Positions 12,708 to 25,800 of a stretch of DNA of 64,000 nt are shown here, piece after piece. Origin of the DNA: Catajapyx aquilonaris (lineage: Eukaryota); contig JYFJ02001157.1 in NCBI GenBank assembly GCA_000934665.2, positions 1 through 64,000 on the forward strand, written 5' to 3'. Each line of letters opens with the position of its first letter. The first letter of the stretch is position 1. The position numbers and the translations under genes were made by a program. The notes beneath the pieces were generated by a model. That model saw only the letters and a program-made list of their open reading frames with translations. It did not search any database and was not told the DNA's origin.

Positions 12708-13868
12708 AGTAGGGCAAGGCCAAATATGCTGTAGCCGTTAGATTGGTGGTCTACCACCGAATAAGAAACCGGTTTGTGTCTGGTTTGTTTCTGTGGTTTT
12801 TAGTGGGGATCTTCAATATTTTAACTAATATTCTGCATGTGCCGAGAATATGTGAACACTTATAGTGCAGTGTTGTACCCCTCCTTCCTCTAACAAAACA
12901 TGAAATAAATAAAAGGCACATACATGTCAGGTAATTATATCAAGTCCAACATGATAAATCCTTAAGAGAATAATGTCATGAGATATTATTTTTACATTTA
13001 CTGTTATTTAACCCTGTTGAAGTTATAAAGCAGGATACGGTCTGCGTGCCTATGATAGCATATCCGATATGACGCTTGCCTTGCATTGCACTTTGACCAT
13101 AATTACAAATTGAAATATTGCCTTTCAATATATTTTGTGAGACTTTTTTTTGGAGGGATGCTCTAATAATTATCCTCAGGTACACTTCAAGCATTTTGAC
13201 AGCAATTAGAGCAATTACTTTCAAAGTGCTACTTCATCATCAGCATTGGATGAATTGCATGTGCAAATGCCACACCTGAAATATGAAGTACATTATAAAA
13301 TAATATTACAATGAAACAACACTGTTTGCTTCTCTGGTTTATTATAAAAGTATCACAAGCCACTCATAAGTGGAACAATTTCCACATTCGCAAAACACAT
13401 GCCGCTACGCATATTACTAAAAACCACAACCTTTTCTTCCGAAAGAACATTAATTTTAACATCTATCCAAGGGAATGATTTAATCTGCCAACATCTTCTG
13501 ATACTAAATTTTGTCAATTTCCATGGACGCCTAAAGAGAAATCATGTTAGTATGAACCACGTGAAATGCAACCGTGCTAATCCAACACTGTTGGTTTTAT
13601 TAATATTATCAAAATAAACGACAACCCAAACGATAGTGCACATTTCTTTCTGAATACGGTATGTGGGAATGTGAGATTCACTTTTTCCAATGCTGGACTC
13701 AGCACGGCTGCGTACTCAATTTGTACTGAGCTATCAGATCTCCTACGGGGGATTCGGTGCCATGTGTAGCGCGCCGTATTATTGGACGGTTACTTTACTC
13801 GTATACTCACACACTGATGCATAAAATCAAATGGGCAATAACTTAAGACTCAGTAACACATGACAGAT

Positions 13869-16800
13869 TTACGCCCTAGGCCTCGTCTTGCGGACCTTTC
13901 TCACATAACGAAAGACCGGGACTGGCTGCTGCTGTTGGTCCGAGTTACTCTCATCTTTGCGTTGCTGCTGGAATTGGTATGGGACAACCGAGCTGATGGC
14001 TGGGTTAGCGACTGAGGGCGTGTCTTGCAAGTTAGGGAGTGAGAAGGAGTTCCTCACAGAGTCGTAAAAGAACAAACTTTTGGGCTGGGTGCAGGGACAT
14101 CCGCCACCGTTTCCGCTTCCTGGAGGCGGAAAAGGGACGTAGGATATGTGTGGAGGTGGTATCTGTCCGTTGTTACTTCCGCCCTCTTGGTTGGGACAAT
14201 ATGGCACAAACACTACGGGTATGTAGCCGTAGTAATTTCCTGGACCGCCTGGACCTGGTCCGTAGATGGCCCCGGGAGCCCCTGCTCCACCAGGAGCGCC
14301 TGATCCTCCAGGACCTCCGGCTCCTCCAGGTGCTCCAGAACCGCCTGGAGAAACGCCGCCTCCGCTGCTGCTTTGGCTGGAACTGCAGGGGCATCCAGGT
14401 GGATGGGCCGGGCCTCCAGGTTGTCCTAAAATTAAGACAAGTAAGATTGAATTCAGTTGCACCACTTCCATAGAACGGTCATTGTGGGAGATGGTAAACC
14501 TACCTCCGGGTTGTCCTGGCTGGCCTGGATAACCTGGTTGTCCTGGATATCCGGGGCCACCAGGTTGACCAGGTTGCCCTGGCTGTGCAGGGTATCCAGG
14601 TCCAGAAGGCTGTCCAGGTTGGCTTGGGTATCCTGGTCCTCCAGGTCCTGTAGGTCTTCCAGGCTGTCCTGGATATCCGGGGCCACCAGGTTGACCAGGC
14701 TGCCCTGGCTGTCCAGGGTATCCAGGTCCAGAAGGCTGTCCAGGTTGGCTTGGGTATCCTGGTCCTCCAGGTCCTGTAGGTCTTCCAGGCTGTCCTGGAT
14801 ATCCGGGGCCACCAGGTTGACCAGGCTGCCCTGGCTGTCCAGGGTATCCAGGTCCAGATGGCTGTCCAGGTTGGCTTGGGTATCCTGGTCCTCCAGGTCC
14901 TGTAGGTCTTCCAGGCTGTCCTGGATATCCGGGGCCACCAGGTTGACCAGGCTGCCCTGGCTGTCCAGGGTATCCAGGTCCAGATGGCTGTCCAGGTTGG
15001 CTTGGGTATCCTGGTCCTCCAGGTCCTGTAGGTCTTCCAGGTTGTCCTGGGTATCCGGGTTGTCCAGGTTGTCCTGGATATCCGGGACCACCAGGTCCTC
15101 CAGGTGCCGTTGGTCTTCCGGGCTGTCCTGGATAGCCAGGTTGTCCGGGCTGCACAGGCCTACCAGGGCTTCCAGGCTGCCCAGGAATACCAGGTTGTCC
15201 GGGGAACCCTGGCTTCCCAGGTTTTCCAGGCCCTCCGGGTTGTCCAGGGTATCCAGGTCCTCCAGGTCCTGTTGGCCTTCCTGGCTGTCCTGGATATCCT
15301 GGTCCTGCTGGTTGTCCTGGTTGGCTTGGATATCCTGGCTGTCCTGGTTGCCCAGGTCCACCAGGCTGTCCGGGTACTCCGGGTACTCCGGGTTGTCCGG
15401 GATATCCGGGCCCTCCTGGTCCACTAGGACTTCCAGGTTGTGAAGGCTTTTCAGTCACCAAAGAGCCTATGCGAGACAATAATCATGAGAAGATACTATG
15501 CGACATGTCAGATGCCTTGTGCACAGTACAGTATAAAGTGCGATTAGTATGCTATAACAATAGTAACATCAGTTGTAAGCCACTTAAAAAAAACTTTTAC
15601 ACGCTTTGGGGAGAATAATATACCTGACTTGTAATCACATCGCATGCAGCATGCGGTATTTTGTCTTATGTTATGTCCTTCGCATTATTTCAGACCGGTA
15701 GCATTTGAGAGCCTCTAGATTAAACATAATTATGGTACTATAATTACTCCAACTTAACTCTCGAACAATAAGCAGTAATGTTTAGTGCGAAAATTGGCAA
15801 AATGATATACAGTATAAGCTTTTAGTAGAAACCGGTCTAAAAAATTTTTCCATTCTTTTGACTGTTAGAGACTACAGAAATTTAGCTTCGAGATGTAGGC
15901 CTACTCATGATGAAAAAGAGATTGCAACTTGTTTTCCAAAACTTAATATGAATAGCTCTTAGAAACAGGCTAAATGTGGTCAATTTAAGAAGTTTATCTG
16001 ATATATTGTAGCTCAGGATATAATTCTCTATGCAAGATTGGCCACTAACATTTTTGCGTCTTAAAGAAAATGAGCTTATTTTTCAGAGAATATAACATTC
16101 AACGATAGGTCTAGAAAAAACTTTAAAACTTAAATATTCAAATACAAACTTAATCTACCTGGGGCAGGATATCCAGGAGGATATGGAGTTCCAGGTCCAC
16201 CAGGTCCACCAGGTCCCCCGGGTCCCCCGGGTCCTCCAGGAGCGCCTGGGCTTCCAGGGGCTCCAGGGTATCCTGGGTATCCAGGCCCGCTGCCTGGTCC
16301 GCCGGGCCCTCCAGGTATTTGAGGCCTTCCTGGCCCTCCTGGTCCGCCTGGTCCACCGGGACCTCCGGGTGCTCCTGGACTTCCTGGTGCTCCGGGGTAT
16401 CCTGGGCCACTGCCTGGTCCGCTTGGGCCTCCTGGTATTTGTGGCCTGCCAGGGCCACCTGGACCACCTGGGCTTCCTGGACCTCCTGGACCTCCTGGTC
16501 CGCCTGGAGCTCCTGGACTTCCTGGTGCGCCAGGATATCCGGGATATCCTGGACCACTGCCTGGTCCGCCTGGTATTTGTGGTTTGCCAGGTCCTCCAGG
16601 TCCTCCAGGTCCTCCAGGTCCACCAGGACCACCTGGAGCCCCTGGACTGCCAGGTGCGCCGGGATATCCCGGATAGCCAGGGCCACCACTTGGTCCACTT
16701 GGTCCTCCTGGTATTTGGGGTCTTCCGGGTCCGCCTGGTCCGCCTGGTCCGCCTGGTCCGCCTGGTCCGCCTGGTCCACCGGGTGCTCCTGGACTTCCTG

Positions 16801-19800
16801 GTGCTCCGGGATATCCAGGTCCGCTGCCTGGTCCGCTTGGGCTTCCTGGTATTTGTGGCCTGCCAGGTCCACCAGGACCTCCTGGGCCACCGGGAGCTCC
16901 TGGACTTCCGGGTGCACCCGGATATCCTGGACCACTGGGACCTCCAGGTTGTTGTGGTCTTCCGGGGCCTCCGGGGCCTCCCGGGCCACCTGGACCTCCT
17001 GGTCCACCGGGAGCTCCTGGACTTCCTGGCGCGCCAGGATATCCGGGATAACCCGGACCACTTCCTGGTCCGCCTGGTATTTGTGGTCTTCCAGGTCCTC
17101 CAGGTCCTCCAGGTCCACCAGGTCCACCAGGTCCACCAGGTGCTCCGGGACTGCCAGGTGCGCTGGGATATCCTGGATAGCCAGGGCCACCACTAGGGCC
17201 ACTAGGTCCTCCTGGTATTTGGGGTTTTCCGGGTCCGCCTGGACCGCCGGGCCCTCCTGGCCCTCCTGGCCCGCCGGGAGCTCCTGGACTTCCTGGTGCG
17301 CCAGGATATCCTGGATATCCTGGACCACTGCCTGGTCCGCCTGGTATTTGTGGTCTGCCAGGTCCTCCGGGTCCTCCGGGTCCACCAGGTCCACCAGGTG
17401 CTCCGGGACTGCCAGGTGCGCCAGGATATCCTGGATAGCCAGGGCCACCACTAGGGCCACTAGGTCCTCCTGGTATTTGGGGTCTTCCGGGTCCGCCTGG
17501 ACCGCCTGGTCCTCCTGGTCCTCCTGGTCCACCGGGTGCTCCCGGACTTCCAGGTGCCCCAGGATATCCCGGGTATCCAGGTCCACTTCCCGGTCCGCTC
17601 GGCACTCCTCCAGGGACTTGAGGTCCTCCAGGACCACCCGGGCCACCTGGGCCTCCAGGTCCCCCAGGAGCTCCAGGACTGCCAGGTGCGCCGGGATATC
17701 CAGGGTAGCCTGGTCCTCCGCTTGGTCCGCTTGGTCCTCCTCCGGGGCCTTCAGGTCCACCTGGTCCACCTGGTCCTCCCGGGCCACCAGGTCCACCAGG
17801 AGCCCCTGGACTACCTGGAGCTCCTGGGTATCCGGGATATCCAGGCCCTCCACTAGGTCCGCTAGGTCCGCTAGGTCCACCTGGTCCTCCTGGTCCTCCT
17901 GGTCCTCCTGGGCCACCAGGAGCTCCGGGGCTTCCTGGTGCGCCAGGGTATCCTGGATAGCCAGGACCACCACTAGGCCCACTTGGTCCTCCTGGTATTT
18001 GGGGCCTTCCAGGTCCGCCTGGACCACCGGGTCCACCCGGTGCCCCCGGACTTCCAGGTGCCCCAGGATATCCCGGGTATCCAGGTCCACTTCCTGGTCC
18101 ACTCGGCACTCCTCCAGGGCCTTGAGGTCCTCCTGGTCCTCCGGGACCCCCCGGGCCACCCGGGCCTCCTGGTCCGCCAGGAGCTCCTGGACTGCCTGGT
18201 GCTCCGGGATATCCAGGATAACCCGGTCCCCCGCTTGGTCCGCTAGGTCCTCCTCCGGGTCCTTGAGGTCCACCGGGTCCTCCTGGTCCGCCCGGGCCAC
18301 CCGGTGCTCCGGGGCTTCCTGGTGCGCCAGGGTACCCTGGATATCCGGGTCCACCACTAGGCCCACCAGGTCCACCTGAGGGTCCAGGCGGTCCTCCGGG
18401 TCCTCCGGGTCCTCCGGGTCCTCCTGGTCCTCCCGGGCCACCCGGTGCTCCGGGGCTTCCTGGTGCGCCAGGGTACCCTGGATATCCGGGTCCTCCTCCA
18501 GGGCCTTGAGGTCCTCCTGGGCCTCCTGGGCCACCGGGGCCTCCCGGTGCACCAGGAGCTCCTGGACTTCCTGGTGCTCCTGGATATCCCGGCCCTCCAC
18601 TTGGTCCACTTGGTCCACCTGCTGGTCCAGGTGGTCCTCCTGGTCCTCCTGGGCCACCGGGGCCTCCCGGGCCACCAGGACCTCCTGGACTTCCTGGTGC
18701 TCCTGGGTACCCTGGATATCCTGGTCCTCCACTTGGTCCACTTCCAGGGCCTGCGGGGCCACCTGGTCCCCCTGGTCCTCCCGGACCACCAGGTGCTCCT
18801 GGTCGTCCTGGAGCCCCTGGGCGACCTGGTGCTCCAGGTTGTCCTGGATATCCAGGTCCTCCTCCGGGTCCTTGAGGTCCTCCTGGCCCCCCAGGGCCGC
18901 CTGGTCCTCCTGGATATCCAGGACCTCCAGCTGGTCCGCCGGGTCCGCCAGGTCCACCAGGTCCTCCGGGTCTTCCAGGAATGCCCGGAGAGCCTGGACT
19001 GCCTGGCTGCCCTGGTGCTCCTGAAGTAAACCGATATGATACATTAGCATTATGCTGTTGAGTATGAATGCAATAAATGAAGACCTCGGAGGAAGAACGA
19101 TCAGTCAAAAATGAGTTTCACTAGCGTATAATAATTATTATGGTTTGTCATGGTTGTGGAGTAATGATCATAGGTCACAATTGAGGACACTCACAGTGGG
19201 ATTTGCAATAGAAACAAGGTCTTCGAAATTGGAAATTGGAATATCTCAGTTTCACCTGAGATGGACCTTGATCGTTCTTCCCCCAAGGTGTTCAAATTAT
19301 AGTTGTGGGCAACTGAACAATATTATCGTACATATAGTTATATCTAAATTGAATGACCACTGTTTATATCACAGAAATGATGTCGGTCTCTGAATTCCCT
19401 GGAAGGTTTTGGCCATGAAAATGCTATAATAATATCACACTTAAGAACATTTTGTTTCTAAGGCCACCTGATTACACTAAATTTTATGATAACTTAATAT
19501 TCCATACGGTGCCAATTCTTGGCTACCGGTACTATAATGCCATTCTCAGTCTGTTTATTGGTATACTGTACATGTATAATATGTATTTGATATTTATCTA
19601 CATGCAAGTAGGCACGTAATATCCTCACAATGTTAAATGATAATCTAGCCTACGTAGTAAACTGTACCTGGTTGTCCTGGACCGCCGGGATATCCTGGTT
19701 GTCCTATGCATGGAAGATATCAATAATGCATATTAGGTAAATCACTGATTTAAAATAATAATGAGCAGTTTAAAGGGACACTCCACTCAAAATACAAGTT

Positions 19801-22800
19801 GGCCCCCAAAAATCGGGCAGAAAATCCTGATTCCGAATGTGCAATCGTTTTTTTTTTCTACGCCCAACGGGAACACGGAAAATCATATATCTACACACGT
19901 CTTCTCGCGTCGTCTGCTAAGAAGGGTGATACAACAGCATCTCGCGGCAAACCGGAGAAGTAGAGAAGGTGCTCAACAAACAACTGCCGCGCCAGGATGC
20001 CTTCTCTAGTTCCGCCCGGTTCCACTCTGGTGGCGTCGCCACCTGCGCCCACCGCCCCGCGCGCGATTTTCGAACAACAAACTTCCAACTTTCACACTGG
20101 CCTTACCGTTCGTCTCTAAGAAAAACTGATTATACCCTCGGAATCAGGATTTTTTGCCCGATTTTTAGAACCCAACTTGCATTTTGAGTGGAGTGTCCCT
20201 TTAAGGAAACGACAATCTCAAAGCAACGACGGTCGTACCTGACGGTTTAGGAGGCCTTGGCCTTCCTTTACATCCAGGAGGGTAATACAGTTGGTCCCAC
20301 TCAACCGTCTCTCCCGGATCATCCGGGCCCTCCATTGGCCGTGGGTATATTGCTACAGGCTCTCCTGGTTCCACCACTCGGTATCCCCATTGGTCTGCCA
20401 GGTAGTACGTCACGCGTAACTTCCCCTCGGGATCCACGTAGCCGTAGCATCCGTACACGATGCCATCAGGTCCGCGGTTCTCGTGGTGAAACTGCCCGTC
20501 TGGTCCGATGTCAAATCCATAATTGTATTCGCCTGAAGGATGGAAAATAATTTGTTTTACCAAACCACATTACATTGTCGCTCTGCGACAGAAAAGACCA
20601 TTAAATACTGTATGTATGTTAAAACATAATAAAAATATCGGGGTATCGTTACTGGTACGTTTGTGTGTATTTTTTGCCCGAGAATCTTGTCGTGCTTTAC
20701 TTGTCACTACCTTGACGTCCCTTGATATATGCTGTCCTTCGCACGTTGTTTGTTGCGTAACTTGTTTTGGTAAGGTGAGGAATGTATACAAGGATGACAT
20801 GTGGGGACCACCATCAATAACCTTCTAGCTCTTAATCACCTGTTCCAAAATTCTGCTCGTGGTACTGAGTTTTGTTGGCCTCATCAATGTCCACGATCAA
20901 GTGACTTCCTTCCCCATATCCGCTTCCTTCGTAAGGAACAGTATCATCTTCCAATGGTTCCTGGAGTCGTTTGGTTCTCCCCACCGACCCCACATGCACC
21001 ACACATGTTATCTGAAATAAACACACTCCATTTTAGTACATTAAGATTTTCACACATCGAGGGGGTCAAAAAACCCACAAGTCCATGTTTTCCCACCTGA
21101 CAGCTCCTTTTTTTGCACTTCAAATGTTGAGTTAATAACCTGCCAGCAAACTTACATAACCAGCCTTACAGCAATAAAATGAACATGAAAAAATGTGGAC
21201 TTGTGTGGTTTTTCAACCTGAGGGCCTAAATTATGGTGGTTACCAAAAAAAAAGGCGTCAATTGCTATACATTTTTTATGTGCATATGAGGAACTTCCTG
21301 TTTTCATATTCTTCCCGGACGTGCTGTTTCCATTCCTGGTGATTATAAAATTCATAAATACTACACAGTAGCTATTGCAAGGTCAAGTTCTCGCATAATC
21401 ACCGCCTCTTTATCATGTAATAAATTACAATGGTTTATGAGGCATTTCTTCCCTAATGCACATTCTTGATACTAAATTCATGGATGAATGAGACATACAC
21501 CCACTAACATAGTGCTATGAGTCATTTGGTTCTAAGATAGAAATCCCACCTGGGTCCAAGTCCTTGTGGTAAGTCCACCATATCAAACCGGAACTATTAT
21601 TTCAGAAATATTCTGCGCACTACAGGAACTATCATAACGAGGTATCATTTTGGTCACCAACAACTGATCATGGTGAACGACCTGATTCAATATTATTATT
21701 AGCGTTATGTGAAAGTCAATGGGAGGTCCAATCCTTGAAGCACATGCAAAACCCCGCCCTTGACCACCTATGGCACTGAGGGATAAGAAAAAAAAGAGAA
21801 GAAGTTGGTAAAGGGTTCACAGCAGGTCCTTGACGCAGGTCATGGCTTTTTAAAGGTGTGGGAGTGGAAGGAGGGGGGCACTGGGGAGGAATTGACAGAG
21901 AATTCCGGTTACTTGTATTTCAAAAATGAACTTGGCGCTTGAACACCCTTATTTTAATAACAAAGGAAGATTTCGAGATGCGAATGTGACATGAGGTTGC
22001 TTATTTTTAGAATGGGGGCCTGTCAGAATCACGTGTGTGACTTTAAATTAAAAATTAGTGGGTTTGCTCCAGGTGATATTATTTATAGTGAGAGTGCATT
22101 GCTCTAGACTAGTTTTTCAACCGTGAAAGTGACCCTTACATTTCGCCATATCTGAACCAAATTAACACAAAGTATTGCACAAAAGGATGTGCATAGTAAA
22201 TTTCGAATTTTTTAGCTCTCAAACTCATGAGTGCAATACCGGTAGAGCAGGCTTCCGATCAGGATTGGGGAAGTAATATTCTATTGAATCTTTAAAGTGC
22301 TGTAAAGTGGTTCCTGGAATAAAACCAGGAAATTACAACATGAAGGGAGATGGTTGCGATGACTACATGTTGTGCAGTAAGGATATGACTCTCAAGCATT
22401 GCCTGTAATAATAGCGTACAACAACATTTTCCCCAAATTCGTAAAGATTCGTGCCAAGAAAATTAACACTTGGTAAAACCAGAATTTACTTGGTTACTCA
22501 CCTTCAGTAATATTTGTGCATAGTTTACACGCACAAAATAGAGTCATCGAATAATTTGCTTATACTTCATTATTTTTTTCCAAATAATTATACCAAAAAT
22601 TACCCTTCTATGTACGAATTGCATTTCAAAATGTGTGGGTCATTGACTCATCCAAACTATTCGAAGAAATGATTCCCTCCGGTTCCCTCGAGAATACTTG
22701 AATTCGCACGCGATATCGTATGTCCGACCCGTTATTTCAATGGCACTGAAAAATAAAATAATCCAAACAATTTCCATTCACATTATTTTTGGCAGCAGAA

Positions 22801-25800
22801 AGTACAGGAACCAATTATAAGCAAATATTTTGATGCAGCATCCCTAATAATTTATTATACCGATTTTATTTGCGAAATAATGAGCTGCATGTTTAATAAT
22901 AATTTATTAGTACATAAAATTCGTCCGGATAGTGGATCTGATAAATATTTTAAGATCCCGTGACCTCCTTTCTGTTTCCTTCTTTGTAAGCAGAAATGAC
23001 AAAGTTGAAGGGCAGTCGGATCCCGTCTCGGTATTTATTGCCAACAAGGAGGAATATAAAAGCCTAGGTATGGAGTAAGCTGTACAGCAAGTAATGATGT
23101 CAGAACTAATCGTGACGGGAGGTGAACAGATTATAAAATCATTTCGAAAAGGTGAAGCCCAGTCGTAAAAAATTCATTGCCACAAACTAATGATATGCCA
23201 GTTATTAAAACATGCCAAAATGTACAAGTCATTTTGAGTGAATTTAATCACTCATTTAAAGACTCTAACTTGAAGTTTAGCTCAGGGTCATATGGGGAGG
23301 GCTGTTGGAATTCCATACTTTCCCTGCACGGTTTGTATAATTTAATTTTTAAGTTATTTCGCAGATTGTAATTTACAATATATTTATCGACATGTCAAGG
23401 CGAATTTATACACTTACTTAATTTTTGAAACGAGTTTTAAAAGCGCTTCTTCACTTGTTTGACACTCTCCAAAAAATATTTACTCTTTTGGAGTTTTTGG
23501 AATTTTTTAAAACCATAACTTCAGGGGTAAATCCAGGGGTTCACGTTCAATTTCACGTCGTCCGGTGACGGAAACAGAAAGCGAACTGCCCTTAATTAGA
23601 TATGCATCCTGTTCTGCCTATTTAATGTGGTACCGCCGGTACCACCCTACATCCCTACACGACATTTTGCGTAATCCCCGACATTACTGGAAATCGGCGT
23701 GACAAACACGCCCGAGTCAAACGAAGCGCCCCCGAACACCCATAACGGACATGATGACTCACTAGGTTCGCTAACAAAACTAACGGATTTAAAAAAGCAG
23801 CGTTGGGTAATAGTCAGGTAGCCCCCGTGTCCTAAAGCAAGGACCTTCAAGGTCTTTTCTCCCCAAGGTTCTGAAGGGACCTCAAGGTTGATGGATGAAT
23901 CTTCCTGCCCTTAGGATACTCAGGCCACCCACCTGCCCTGAACGCCCACCAACCAGCAGCCAAAATTGATGTAGGTGGCAGCACGGTCAACGACCAGGAA
24001 GTGACGTAGTTTGGTCCGGTTTAGCACCCCCAGTCTACCATATTTGGACCGAGTTTTGGCCTGGGTTCAATGGCAAGACCGGTTTGTGATGACACCCCCT
24101 CACTTATGTGACAAGATATCAATCATTAATTGCCAGATGTTCTGCTAATGGAGGTTTTCATTAATTCGCAGCCCACTGCAAGTGCGGTGATTGCAGGTTG
24201 CATTGTCTGTGGGTGGGTGCAGGTTGAGCGGTACGCCCATACCGGTATTGCAGCGGATGCTGAGCTGGCAACCGACTATTTTTATAGTGTCAATAAAATT
24301 GATGGAATAAAGTACTCCTAGAGTCATAAACTATCTGGGTTAGTTTACTGGGGTCTTGCAAAACGGTCAATGTCACCAATTTCAACCTTTCTCCAAGTAA
24401 TGCAACATCATTCGGTATGACGAATGACTAGTAACAACTTAAATATCTCAAGTTTATGTAGTGGCCTACAAAAGTAAAGGGTAGGGAGAGGGACTCATGA
24501 AGACCTGAATAGCTGAATGGTCATAATCACGGTGGACTGAGTTCTAGGTATGACAGTTGGAAGGTTAATGTCTTATGTGATCCATCTTTGTAAATTCTAG
24601 GGGACGTTGACAGCTCCAGCACCATACTGACTTGAACATCAGAAGTATAGCGTTGAGGTTGTGTATGATGCTCAATCTTTGGTTGCCATATACCATTTTC
24701 TTAATATTGTTTCAGATATCGTTTGACATCTGATTCAATCAAGCTCTATAATTCTTATGCAAGCTGACCTATGCAGATGTATGTCATATGGCGGCTTCCG
24801 GTATATGCGTTTTGAATATTAACACTATCAAAAAAACAGGTCAGTATCGGTGTATGTCAGTCGACATCTATAGCACCAGCACGTGCCAAAGTTTTTCTAT
24901 AGACGCCCATATCGGCGGAGAAGAAAAGGGAAAGTTCAAGGTAGCCCTGCTTAATTTATTCGCTTTCCCACTTCCGAATTTCACCGCCCAAAGTGGTATA
25001 ACTTCCGAAAAAAACAGCTACATAAATAGCCCCCCTTTGCCGGCAAAAATGTGAGAATCTCACCTGTCAGGTGAACATGTAGCAGGTGAGGAAAGTTAAC
25101 AGGACTTTCTCCATGGTTGGGTAATACGAGGGGATCTGGGATGATAATTAACCAGTTAACGAACACTTCGTATTTGGGTTGCGTCATAGAAAGTGAGATG
25201 ATTCTGGGGGAAGTCCAGTAGAAATTCATACCCATTGGCTTATAAGGATTTAAAAAAAATATAAGTCACATCCACTCGCTATTGGAAAGGTCTGTTTAAA
25301 AAAAATCAAAGCTATCCAATATCTTAGCCACATAATGCTCAATTAGTATGATATTATTCATAATTATGCTCATAAAAGGCATTAAGCACAGGAAGGCAGG
25401 TTGGGCCAGTTGCGCAAGTAACTAAGAGCATTTTGTAAATATTTACACGGGTATTAGAAAGGGAAACGAAGTGCGGAGAGTACAGAGGATTTTGCGGTAT
25501 TTATAATTTTTTTGGTTAGTTTCAAACATGCATTTGCACATAATTAAACTGGGTACATTTTAGAGGAATTTTTTGGGCAACGCAATGCATAATTGAATGC
25601 AAATGTCGTACTAGTCATAGCTCCACCTAATATGGTATGAGTAGCACATGCCAACACTTTACGGACGCAAATATGGACACGCCACATACGCGCGTAGGTC
25701 TTCAGTATTGTCATCAGTCCAAATAAAAGCTGTACCAAGAATTTACGACATACGCCTATTAGCCAGTGTACATCACAGAATTTTTAATTAGCAAGCTGTG

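Noticed and set aside
16159..19020. Bona fide fibrillar or type IV collagen, or spidroin
   Set aside because: No NC1/COLFI or spidroin terminal domain visible; triplets are frequently interrupted; the N-terminus is an R&R chitin-binding domain.
14453..19050. Long alternative-frame and antisense ORFs (966, 686, 337, 328, 323 aa)
   Set aside because: Shadow frames of GGN-CCN-rich Gly/Pro codons that rarely produce stops; splice phases support only the Gly-Pro frame.
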